Source: Acidobacteriota bacterium (GTDB taxonomy: Bacteria > Acidobacteriota > JAQAZP01). Taken from it: a stretch of 62,220 nucleotides of DNA. Positions 53,201 through 60,660 of the stretch are shown here, piece after piece; the stretch's first letter is position 1; every line of letters starts with the position of its first letter. Both the position numbers and the translations under genes were made by a program. The notes under the pieces are model-generated. The model did no database searches and was not told the DNA's origin. It saw nothing but the letters and a program-made list of their open reading frames with translations. The stretch spans positions 1 to 62,220 of the forward strand of contig JAQAZP010000019.1 of NCBI GenBank assembly GCA_032127265.1, read 5' to 3'.

Positions 53201-53951
53201 CGACCGGATGGACGCGGCCCTGGTCTCGCCTCCCTTCGGCCTGCAGCCCGGTTCGATGCTCACTTTCTGGCATGCCATCGACGCCGAGGACATGGAGACC
53301 TACGAATACACGGCCCTGGACGGCGGTATCGTGGAGATCAATGTGGACGAGGGCGGTTGGGAAGCGCTCCATCCCCTGGGCGGCTTCGAGATGACCATGT
53401 TCCCCTTCTGGGTGCCCGTGGCGTTTCCCACCGATACTCGCTGCTTCTCCGGTGTCGCCAATCAGCGCTACGACTCCATTTACCTCGACGACCGCCAGGG
53501 GGTGGCCCGGGTCCGCTTCCGCTTCGGCAGCGACCACTACAAGTCGGATTTCCCCAATGACAGCCGCGGCTGGTTTGTGGACGATGTGACAGTCCAGCCG
53601 GTGGAGGGACTGGCGGCCAATCTGGAACCCACCTGCAAGATGGTGGTGGCCCGTGGGGTCGATTCGATCACCGCCGACTGGGTGCTGGCCAACCACGGCA
53701 CTGAGACCGTCAGCGGCTGGGCCATGGTGCTGCTGGTCCAGGAGCCTTTCGCGGGCGGGCCGGTGAGTTGGGTGGTGGAGCCGTGGCCGCTGACCCTCGG
53801 CCAGGGGGAGATGGCCCGCGGGTCGGTGGACTGGTTCATCCCCATGACCCATGGCTGGGACCGCCACCGCCTGCTGATCCGTCTGGCCCCCTCCATCGGG
53901 GGCACGCCCCTGGCGGAAGACAGCTTCCCGCTCACCATATACGGCGAGTAG
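50220..53951 (+). CDS. Secreted C25 (gingipain-like) cysteine peptidase, large, with Ig/CARDB-like segments and a MAM/LamG-like C-terminal region. No FG-GAP cassette.
   Basis: ATG 50220 (MRFDYPRCVVNLLLPVMFFIAALPVAAG). LIITSPALAEPFREFAGWK.., YVLLGGDDEVVPHRGF, DLYYGALDG..EVHVGRAPV, His region NHAGHADN, Cys region IIYSQGCYCGAFD. Later GETVELSIRVRNYGLQPADGVTATLTS and GEMAEITLIAANHGSRTAGGLLARVVS. Confidence 0.85.
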   Translation: MRFDYPRCVVNLLLPVMFFIAALPVAAGTLELVLEPAPPRLVEAGDGTVLVEADGLRLLAEPGAPLLPVLPVTLLLPPGEELASLRVEADQSVPLDGFWSVAPAQQPRKLSDKTIEPTPPDERIYSSDQLHPAALHGEPVTSRYRGFVLVTVLVHPVRYRPASGRLFHHPGLKLVLTTRPAADAGVRPRFLSLDRETVDRVRGMAANPDAVKDYLDFADSTGRSSWGWDQLIITSPALAEPFREFAGWKTRRGVRCLVVTLPQIYAQFTEGPDQQKIRDFITMAYEEWGTRYVLLGGDDEVVPHRGFMADEFFYIDLDCPADLYYGALDGTWNDDNDVYWGEPAEADYLPEVHVGRAPVDSVAEVENFVAKVIRYLESPVLADCETGLMIGEETWWDVKAKAYKEEIRLGTDNWGFSTAGFPPEFLVGTLYDVEGVWDATANLLPLLNRGPNLVNHAGHADNFVVMKLFDFMINEENLLNDGVQNGLSIIYSQGCYCGAFDNRDWNFHYLEEDAVGEELTTIATGAVACIMNSRNGWGSFVDTNGPSQYFDREFFDALFGEGVTTLGEAADDSKIDNIWTTGSSFFRYCYYSLNLLGDPEMKVWTTAPRPLQVLHHPEAGMGNVTIPLQVLRDGLPLAGARVCLRQEGDGGAYARGETNDDGRVWLQVRLTSVDPLLVTVTGPNCLPWQGSITPRSLAAWVGYLDHELDDDTSGPSSGDGNGIAGNGETVELSIRVRNYGLQPADGVTATLTSDGPKVTVISGQAGYGRLEPGASAGPSSPFVALVGGGVPDGGAAPLTLTVTDGLGREWVSSFDLPLEAPLVLCQGFELADSGGGATEAGNGILEPGEMAEITLIAANHGSRTAGGLLARVVSQDPLVEVLESNTSFGDLAPGGSAAAATPLRIRVSAAAPTPYHPQIDVGFKADWSFSGRSAIGLEIVGLGLAEDMEDGGPGWAHGPVKWTADDWTLTTQFAAGGSGQSWKCGPRASWETYSDRMDAALVSPPFGLQPGSMLTFWHAIDAEDMETYEYTALDGGIVEINVDEGGWEALHPLGGFEMTMFPFWVPVAFPTDTRCFSGVANQRYDSIYLDDRQGVARVRFRFGSDHYKSDFPNDSRGWFVDDVTVQPVEGLAANLEPTCKMVVARGVDSITADWVLANHGTETVSGWAMVLLVQEPFAGGPVSWVVEPWPLTLGQGEMARGSVDWFIPMTHGWDRHRLLIRLAPSIGGTPLAEDSFPLTIYGE

Positions 53952-53997
53952 GAGCATAGTCTGCTCCCGGACCACAATTGAGATCCTTACGCCGTGT

Positions 53998-55650
53998 CTA
54001 TTCGACGACAATCGTCGGGATGAACTCCGGAACCCTCCTCGGAGCAGCCGCCTGTTCAAAGGCGTAGGCCGCGCGGAGCAGCACCGGCTCGCTATGGGCC
54101 GTGCCAAAGACCGAAAGGCCGATGGGCAGGCCGTGGACCGCGCCCATGGGCAGGGTGACGTTGGGATATCCCGACACGGCGGGCAGGGTGGAACTGGCCA
54201 CCGAAGTGCCGAAGTTGTCTCCATTGACCAGGTCCACCACCCAGGCCGGGCCATTGGTGGGGGCGATGATCAGGTCCAGGTCGTCCTTGTCCAGCGCCCC
54301 GTCGATGGCCTGCCTGGACAGCCGCTTGCTCAGAGCCAGGGCCTCCAGGTAGTCCTGGTCGGTGAGCGGTCCCTTTTCCGCGGCTTCACTGAAAATCTCC
54401 TGGCCGAACCAGGGCATCGTGTTCCCGCTATTGGCGTCGTTGTAGGCGATCAGGTCCGCGAGGCCAGCCATGCCGTTGGGCGATCCATGGACCCTGAGAT
54501 ACCCGGCCAGGTCGGCCTTGAACTCATAGAGCAGCACAGTGTATTCGGCGGTGTCCAGCCCCTCACGGTCACCGATATCCGCCGGGTCCACCACCTCGGC
54601 CCCCAGCTTCTTTAAAACCGCTATGGCCGCTTCGAAAAGTTCCTCCACCCTGGTGTGATTGCCCGCGCCGAAATAATCACGCATAACACCTACCCGCAGG
54701 CCCTTAAGGCTGCCGTCACCCAGGGCGGCAAGGTAGTCGGGCCGCGGCTCGGGGAACTCCCCGGAGGCCGGATCGTCCGGGTCCCTGACTGCCATGGCTG
54801 CCAGCATCAATGCGGCGTCCCTCACCGAGCAGGCCATCGGCCCGGCGGTGTCCTGGCTGTGGGCGATGGGGATGATCCCGTCCCGGCTGATCAGTCCCAA
54901 GGTAGGCTTGATCCCCACGATGCCGTTGACGCCCGAGGGGCAGACCACGGAGCCGTCGGTTTCGGTGCCCACGGCCAGCGGCGCGAGGCGTGCTGCAACC
55001 GCCACCGCTGAACCGCTGGAGGACCCGCAGGGTGAGCGGTCGAGGACATGGGGGTTCCGGGTCTGGCCGCCCTGGCTGCTCCAGCCGCTGCTGGATCGGC
55101 TGGAGCGGAAGTTGGCCCACTCGCTGAGATTGGTCTTGCCCAGGATCACCGCACCGGCCTCGCGCAGCCGCGCCACGAGGAAGGCGTCTCGTCCGGCGTG
55201 GTGGCCGGCCAGGGCCAGCGACCCGGCAGTGGTGGTCATCCGGTCAGCGGTGTCGATGTTCGCCTTGAGCAGCACCGGGATGCCGTGCAGCGGTCCCCGG
55301 GGGCCGATCTGCCGGCGCTCTCCGTCCAGCGCGACGGCGATTTCCAGCGCATCGGGGTTGATCTCGATGATCGCGTTGAGGCGCGGGCCCGCATCATCCA
55401 GCTGGGCGATGCGATCAAGACAGTGGCGGGTGAGTGCCTCGGCGGTCAGTTCACCCTCCTCCATCAGCGACTGCAGTTGTGCAATGTCCTGAAGATCCAG
55501 CTGAAGCCCGGCCTGCTCATCGGGCGCTGTCTCGCGCTCCGACCCGCCGCAGCCGGGCAGAACCAGGAGACTGGCCAGCAACATGGCCAGGCCGACGAGG
55601 CTGAAGATCCACAGATGGGACGAGAAACCGCGATGGGCGCCAGATGACAT
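53998..55650 (-). CDS. Amidase-signature family amidase, probable lipoprotein
   Basis: ATG 55650 follows AAGGAG. MSSGAHRGFSSHLWIFSLVGLAMLLASLLVLPGCGG contains a lipobox-like LPGC. AS motifs: GIPVLLKANIDT (Lys) and SPCGSSSGSAVAVAA (Ser-cisSer region). Confidence 0.85.
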   Translation of the reverse strand: MSSGAHRGFSSHLWIFSLVGLAMLLASLLVLPGCGGSERETAPDEQAGLQLDLQDIAQLQSLMEEGELTAEALTRHCLDRIAQLDDAGPRLNAIIEINPDALEIAVALDGERRQIGPRGPLHGIPVLLKANIDTADRMTTTAGSLALAGHHAGRDAFLVARLREAGAVILGKTNLSEWANFRSSRSSSGWSSQGGQTRNPHVLDRSPCGSSSGSAVAVAARLAPLAVGTETDGSVVCPSGVNGIVGIKPTLGLISRDGIIPIAHSQDTAGPMACSVRDAALMLAAMAVRDPDDPASGEFPEPRPDYLAALGDGSLKGLRVGVMRDYFGAGNHTRVEELFEAAIAVLKKLGAEVVDPADIGDREGLDTAEYTVLLYEFKADLAGYLRVHGSPNGMAGLADLIAYNDANSGNTMPWFGQEIFSEAAEKGPLTDQDYLEALALSKRLSRQAIDGALDKDDLDLIIAPTNGPAWVVDLVNGDNFGTSVASSTLPAVSGYPNVTLPMGAVHGLPIGLSVFGTAHSEPVLLRAAYAFEQAAAPRRVPEFIPTIVVE

Positions 55651-55700
55651 GATCAGTCTCCTTGATTCAGTGTGGCGGATAGTTCGGATGAATTTTGCGA

Positions 55701-55895
55701 TCACTTCTCATGGATCACGTCGTCAGCCCAACTGATGGCCGCAGCCACCTTGGGAAAGCCTACCGTGGAGACCAGGATCAGCAGGGCGTGGTAGATCTCG
55801 TCCGCGGTGGCGCCGAGGTTTTCGATGGCGGCCAGGGTCTTCGGAAAGCGCTGCTTCAGTGACTGGTAGTGGTTTGGCATCTCTTTGGTACTCAT
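55701..55895 (-). pseudogene. Carboxymuconolactone-decarboxylase (AhpD-like) remnant lacking the central segment
   Basis: The 64-aa ORF MSTKEMPNHYQSLKQRFPKTLAAIENLGATADEIYHALLILVSTVGFPKVAAAISWADDVI joins the family N-terminus (FP..L..E.LG) directly to the C-terminal GAT.EEI..A....... helix. The middle that normally holds the CxxC/His site is absent. GAGGA RBS present. Confidence 0.35.
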
Positions 55896-55926
55896 CCTGA
55901 TTTTCCTCACGTGAAGATGGTCTTGA

Positions 55927-56175
55927 TCAGCGGGAGTGGAGGAAACCGGCCGCCAGCCCGGCTTCCTCAAACCGGGCCCGGATGAAGTCGGCGGCTTTCA
56001 GGAGATTGTCCGGGTTGCCGGCATCCCGCGGGAAGCAGTCCTCGACGATGTAGCGCAAGTCCTGCTCGATCCTCGCCGGGCTTGTTTTTCGTTCAAAGCG
56101 GTTACTGTCCACGGCGGCCGCCGGTGCGGCAAGACCGAGCAGCAGGATGGTGATGAGCAGGTGGTGCCGCCTCAT
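55927..56175 (-). pseudogene. Signal peptide plus ~55 aa resembling the N-terminus of M28-type peptidases; probable truncated gene
   Basis: MRRHHLLITILLLGLAAPAAA..., then IEQDLRYIVEDCFPRDAGNPDNLLKAADFIRARFEEAGL resembles the L..HV..L....R.AGS.....AA.YI...F...GL opening of M28 peptidases. A stop follows after 82 aa. This is a pattern-level call only. Confidence 0.3.
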
Positions 56176-56180
56176 GGTGT

Positions 56181-56594
56181 TCAACTCCGTCTTTCGATCA
56201 ACTTGCGGATGAGGGTCCCGCAGGATTTGAAATCGGCCTTGCCGGCAATGGTGAACCGCACCGCGCAGCCTTCACTATATTTCCGTGCCGACCGCAGTGT
56301 ATCGTGAATCGCGGCCAGTTCCTCGTCCAACAGCAAGGCTTCCCACTCCTTTACCCTGATCGCCATGCCGATCATCAGGGAGCCATTCAATGGGGTGAGG
56401 TAGTAGAGCGCCTTTTTTCTGTCATGGACCTTGAGCATCCAGCCGCTGCTCTTGCCGTGGTTCCAGTCCTGCTTGAAGTCCACGGCCAGGCCGGTGGCCT
56501 CGACGTAAACGGAGAATGACTTCCCCAGCGTTTTCTTCAGAGCCGCCTCGGTGGGCTTTGCACTCTTTTCCGCAAAAGGCCTCTCGCTCACCAC
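56181..56594 (-). CDS. DUF3788-like hypothetical protein
   Basis: 137-aa soluble ORF (..KPTEAALKKTLGKSFSVYVEATGLAVDFKQDWNHGKSSGWMLKVHDRKKALYYLTPLNGSLMIGMAI..). The family assignment is from memory of the DUF3788 pattern. Confidence 0.5.
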   Translation of the reverse strand: MVSERPFAEKSAKPTEAALKKTLGKSFSVYVEATGLAVDFKQDWNHGKSSGWMLKVHDRKKALYYLTPLNGSLMIGMAIRVKEWEALLLDEELAAIHDTLRSARKYSEGCAVRFTIAGKADFKSCGTLIRKLIERRS

Positions 56595-56622
56595 GCACCT
56601 CTCGGCGGTTGCAAACCGCGGC

Positions 56623-56823
56623 TCAATCAGACCCGGGCCCCGGCATGACGAACCAGAGGATCAGGTAGACCAGGATACCGGGGAAAGCGGCACTGAGCAC
56701 CGAAACGAGGATGTAGAGGATCCTCACCATCGATGGCGACCAGCCAAGCCAGTCGGCCAATCCGCCGCAGACGCCGGCCAGCCAGCGGTCTCTGGACCGG
56801 ACCAGTCTTGCACTTTTACTCAT
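56623..56823 (-). CDS. PspC-domain membrane protein
   Basis: LVRSRDRWLAGVCGGLADWLGWSPSMVRILYILVSVL is the PspC signature. Confidence 0.75.
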   Translation of the reverse strand: MSKSARLVRSRDRWLAGVCGGLADWLGWSPSMVRILYILVSVLSAAFPGILVYLILWFVMPGPGSD

Positions 56824-56838
56824 TGTAACGCTCCTTGC

Positions 56839-58179
56839 TCATCTCAGGGCGGGAATCGCCCACTGTTTCTGCATTTCTTCCAGCGGCACGCCGCGGGTCT
56901 CGGGCACCATCGCTTTGACCCAGATCAGCTGCAGGACCATCATCAGACAGAAAAAGGCGAAGATGTATCCCGGCGCGATCGCCTCGGCCATCCTGGGAAA
57001 GACCAGGGTCAGCAGTGCGGCAAAGACCCAGTGAGTGCCGCAGCCCAGGGCCTGGCCCGCGGAGCGGTCGCGGTTGGGGAAGATCTCTCCGATGAAGACC
57101 CAGATCACCGCACCCTGGCCCACGGCGTGGGAAGCGATGAAGGCAAAGATGCAGAAGGGCACGAGACCGAAGTGTTCGGAGAAGAAGCCCCAGGCGCAAA
57201 GACCGAGGGAGAGGATGTAGCCGACGGAGCCGATGTAGAGCAGCGTCCGGCGCCCCATGCGGTCGATGAGGTAGAGCCCGACAAAGGTAAAGACCAGGTT
57301 GGTGATCCCGATGCCCACCGACTGCAGCAGGGCCGCCCGGGCGCCGAGACCGGTGAGTTCGAAGATTCGCGGGGCGAAGTAGAGCACGGCATTGATCCCG
57401 GAGAGCTGGTTGAAGAAAGCCACCAGGATGGCCAGCATGATCGGGTAGCGCAACCGGGCGGTCCAGAAGCGGTGCTCTTCAGTTTTCCCGCCGGTGTCGG
57501 CCGCGACCTTGTCCGCCCGGTCCGCGATCTCGGCCTCGCTCAGCAGCGGGTCGACGCGGCGAAACACGCTGATGCCCTCCTCCCGCCGGTTGTGCAGGAT
57601 CAGCCAGCGCGGGCTTTCGGGCAGGCCGATACAGAGCAGGGCAAAGACCAGGGCGGGGATCGCTTCCACCCCCAGCATCCAGCGCCAGGCGTGTTGACCC
57701 AGGCCGGCCAGCAGGGCGTTGGAGAGAAAGGCGACGAGGATGCCGAAGACGATGTTGAACTGGAACAGGCCAACCAGGCGTCCGCGGTAGCGGGCCGGGG
57801 CGATCTCGGCGATGAAGAGCGGTGCCGCCACGGTGGAGACACCCACGCCCAGGCCGCCGATAAACCGGGCGATCATGAAGGTGTAGACCTCGGGGGCCAG
57901 CGCCGAACCGATGGCCGAGACGAGGTAAAGAACGCCGATCCAGAGCAGGGTGGCCTTTCTGCCGAAGCGTTCACTGGGCCAGCCACCGAGCAGAGCGCCG
58001 ATCACCGTACCCCAGAGGGCCATGCTCACCGCCAGACCGTGCTGACCGCTGCCGAGGCTCCACAGGGCCTGTATCCGCTGCTCGGCGCCGGAAATGACCA
58101 CCGTGTCGAAACCGAAGAGAAACCCGGCAAGGGACGAACTGAGCGACCAGAAAAAGAGGCGTTTGTAAGGCAGTGACAT
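56839..58179 (-). CDS. MFS sugar-porter family transporter
   Basis: 446 aa, 12 TM segments. LAGFLFGFDTVVISGA, GRKATLLW, PESPRWL, and PETRGVPLEEM at the C-terminus are the sugar-porter signatures. Confidence 0.9.
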   Translation of the reverse strand: MSLPYKRLFFWSLSSSLAGFLFGFDTVVISGAEQRIQALWSLGSGQHGLAVSMALWGTVIGALLGGWPSERFGRKATLLWIGVLYLVSAIGSALAPEVYTFMIARFIGGLGVGVSTVAAPLFIAEIAPARYRGRLVGLFQFNIVFGILVAFLSNALLAGLGQHAWRWMLGVEAIPALVFALLCIGLPESPRWLILHNRREEGISVFRRVDPLLSEAEIADRADKVAADTGGKTEEHRFWTARLRYPIMLAILVAFFNQLSGINAVLYFAPRIFELTGLGARAALLQSVGIGITNLVFTFVGLYLIDRMGRRTLLYIGSVGYILSLGLCAWGFFSEHFGLVPFCIFAFIASHAVGQGAVIWVFIGEIFPNRDRSAGQALGCGTHWVFAALLTLVFPRMAEAIAPGYIFAFFCLMMVLQLIWVKAMVPETRGVPLEEMQKQWAIPALR

Positions 58180-58188
58180 GCGGCGCTC

Positions 58189-58623
58189 CTATACCTGTTC
58201 TTGCCCGGCTTCCTGGTCGTTGTTCTCGCCGTCATGGCTTCGCGACAGCAGGTAGCTGACGCTGAAAAGTATGATCATCGCCACTTCGATGAGGAACAGC
58301 GGCAAGAGGGACGACATCTTGGTGAAGCCGGCCAGGGACGCGGCCAGGCCGTTGGCCAGCATCCCGATCAACACCACGACGGTAATCGGCAGCACTCCCC
58401 GGCGCGCTTCCGGGTCCCGGTCGGCCCAGATGAGCAGCAGTGTCCAGCCGACCATCAGCGAACCGCCCATCCCCATGGCGTAGCGGTAGGGCAGCTGCGG
58501 CGTGTAGCGGGTCAACGGGCTCTGGTGGCCGAAGATTGCCTGGCCCAGCATCATCAACGCCGCCAGCGCGTCGGCCATGATGCCCACCCGGTAACTCATG
58601 CGCAGCAACTCGCGTGGCTGCAT
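58189..58623 (-). CDS. Hypothetical 4-TM membrane protein
   Basis: ATG 58623 (MQPRELLRMSYRVGIMADALAALMMLG...). Four hydrophobic segments. No family recognised. Confidence 0.5.
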   Translation of the reverse strand: MQPRELLRMSYRVGIMADALAALMMLGQAIFGHQSPLTRYTPQLPYRYAMGMGGSLMVGWTLLLIWADRDPEARRGVLPITVVVLIGMLANGLAASLAGFTKMSSLLPLFLIEVAMIILFSVSYLLSRSHDGENNDQEAGQEQV

Positions 58624-58830
58624 GGTGCACCTGCCTTTCCTGGTGAGGGCGCCGACTGCGGCCGCCGTTCTGGTCAACCATTCTACCCTATCCGGGACCG
58701 GGGAGGAGGTCGGGGACGTAGATAACTATATAACTATCGCGCATCCATACCTTCCGGTGCGGGCAACAGTCAGGGACGTAATTGAATTCATGACCTGTTT
58801 TCAGCGTCGTCCCCGGTGTGCACGTGATGT

Positions 58831-59943
58831 TTATTCCGAATGCTGGACATGACGCTCCAGCCGCTCCAGGGCCCGGGGCAGATCGGCACGGCCGAAACCG
58901 ATCCGGAACGCGTTGTATTCCGGTCCGTACACCGTCCCCGGAAGAAGCAGCACGCCGGCGCTCTGTCGAAGGTCCCGGCAGAACAAATCCGCCGATCCTT
59001 CGAGCAACTCCGGAAAGGCGATGGACCCGGCGCTGGGGCGCACCCAGCGAAACCGGTCAGGGTGATCGGCAAAGAAAGCGTCGAGCCGGTCGAGGTTGGA
59101 TCGAATGATCTCCAGGTTCCGCCGGACGATCGGTCCGCGGTGCTGCAGGGCCAGCGCGGCAAGGAACTCACTGGGGGCGCTGCTGCAGATGGTGGTGTAA
59201 TCCTTGAAAGCGGCCAGTGACTGGTAGAGTTTCCGGTTGCGGGTGGCGATCCAGCCGATGCGCAGACCGGCCAGACCATAGGTTTTCGACATTACCCCCA
59301 GGGCCGCGGCGCGTCCGTTGAGGTCGGTCATGGAGGGCAACGGGCCGCCGGGCTTGTGTTCCAGCCCGCGGTAGACCTCGTCGGAAAAGAGGAGGAAACC
59401 GTGCCTTTCGGACAGTGCCGAGAGTTCACGGAGGAACGCCTCATCGGGCAGGAACCCCGTGGGGTTGTGGGGGACATTGACCACCACCACCCGGGTGCGG
59501 TGGGTGAGCAGGCCCTCAAGGTGGCCAAGGTCGAGCCTCCAGCCCTTCTCCGGGTCACCCTGCCAGTGGGTAACCCCGGCGCCGATGCCCCGAGCCACCT
59601 CGCCCAGCGACTGGTAGTACGGAGCGTGGACCACCACGTGGTCCCCCGGTTCGAGGGCCACGTTCATGAAATTGAAGATCGCCTCCTCGGCACCGCTGTG
59701 CACCAGGACCTGGTCCGGCAGGACCCTCTCATAGAGAGTGGTGATGGCTTGCCGGAGCTCCGGGTGCCCCAGGGATTCGGTATACCCCAGCCGTAGTTTG
59801 AAGAACCGTTCCTCGGCCCCCGGCTCCAGCGCCAGCAACTCGCGCAGTTCGAGACTCTCGCAGTCCGAGGCACAGAGGACGTATGGTGCGCTGAACTCGT
59901 GTTCGGCGAGATATCGTTCCAGCCGGAAGTTTTCGAGCTTCAT
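58831..59943 (-). CDS. Class I/II PLP-dependent aminotransferase
   Basis: 370 aa. VVVNVPHNPTG, LLFSDEVY, and the PLP-lysine region VMSKTYGLAGLRIGW. Confidence 0.85.
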   Translation of the reverse strand: MKLENFRLERYLAEHEFSAPYVLCASDCESLELRELLALEPGAEERFFKLRLGYTESLGHPELRQAITTLYERVLPDQVLVHSGAEEAIFNFMNVALEPGDHVVVHAPYYQSLGEVARGIGAGVTHWQGDPEKGWRLDLGHLEGLLTHRTRVVVVNVPHNPTGFLPDEAFLRELSALSERHGFLLFSDEVYRGLEHKPGGPLPSMTDLNGRAAALGVMSKTYGLAGLRIGWIATRNRKLYQSLAAFKDYTTICSSAPSEFLAALALQHRGPIVRRNLEIIRSNLDRLDAFFADHPDRFRWVRPSAGSIAFPELLEGSADLFCRDLRQSAGVLLLPGTVYGPEYNAFRIGFGRADLPRALERLERHVQHSE

Positions 59944-60002
59944 GCGCTTCTCCAGCGGCGGGGCACGACGCGCTTCCCCGGATGCTCATCCGCGAACCGC
60001 TG

Positions 60003-60290
60003 TTAGAGACAGTTCCCGATCTCGTCGACGATGCGGTCCACGTCGTCGAGGGTCACCCCGGAGAAGAGGATCTCCTGGGGGTAGATCATCACGTTGGGGC
60101 CCTTTTCGCAAAGACCCAGACAGCCGCTTTGCGAGACCCGGACCTGCGGCACGAACCAGCCCCGGGCCTTCACCGCATCCTTGATCCGGGCCTTGATCTC
60201 CATGCCGTTTTCGTCGGCACAGGATTTTCGGGCACCCTGGCGATCATTGACGCAGATGAAGACGTGGACCTTGAATGGTGTTTTCTTCAT
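60003..60290 (-). CDS. Thioredoxin-like [2Fe-2S] ferredoxin-domain protein
   Basis: ATG 60290: MKKTPFKVHVFICVNDRQGARKSCADENG...VRVSQSGCLGLCEKGPNVMIYP (C..C ... C...C pattern of this family). Confidence 0.7.
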   Translation of the reverse strand: MKKTPFKVHVFICVNDRQGARKSCADENGMEIKARIKDAVKARGWFVPQVRVSQSGCLGLCEKGPNVMIYPQEILFSGVTLDDVDRIVDEIGNCL

Positions 60291-60333
60291 TGGATTACTG
60301 CTCCGATTGGTGTCCTGAAGTTCTGCTGGTATT

Positions 60334-60660
60334 TTATAACGAAAGGTAGTCGTCCCGCACCGGAGAGAATACCTCCACCACCACGCAGTCCTCCAGGGCC
60401 TCGGCGCCGTGGGGCTTGTTCGAAGGCAGGTTCCAGCTGTCGCCGGGCGTGGCAACGACGGTTTCATCCCCGCTGAAAAAGCGCAGCGATCCGCTCACCA
60501 GGTAGCCGGTCTGCTCGTGGGGGTGCTGGTGCTCGGGGATCAGAGCGCCCTTGTCCAGCCTGAACTCGGTGATCATGGTCTGTTCACCGTGGGCCAGCAC
60601 CTTCAACTCCACACCGGCCAGCACCCGTGTGTAGCCCCTCGGATCCGCTTTCTCAATCAT
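60334..60660 (-). CDS. Cupin-domain protein
   Basis: 108 aa. PEHQHPHEQTGYLVSG....GDSWNLPSNKPHG (two cupin motifs). Confidence 0.8.
   Translation of the reverse strand: MIEKADPRGYTRVLAGVELKVLAHGEQTMITEFRLDKGALIPEHQHPHEQTGYLVSGSLRFFSGDETVVATPGDSWNLPSNKPHGAEALEDCVVVEVFSPVRDDYLSL

Noticed and set aside
53951-53967. GGAGCA-TAGTC-TGCTCC hairpin between the convergent C25 and amidase genes, considered as a bidirectional terminator
   Set aside because: It has only a 6-bp stem, no T/A-tract on either side, and it overlaps the C25 stop codon. Too weak to annotate.
50892-54254. 1120-aa ORF on the minus strand opposite the large C25 peptidase gene
   Set aside because: Same shadow-ORF pattern. It runs through the C25 gene and into the convergent amidase gene region. 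It is a low-complexity R/G/P/A/V/H-rich translation with no domain signatures.
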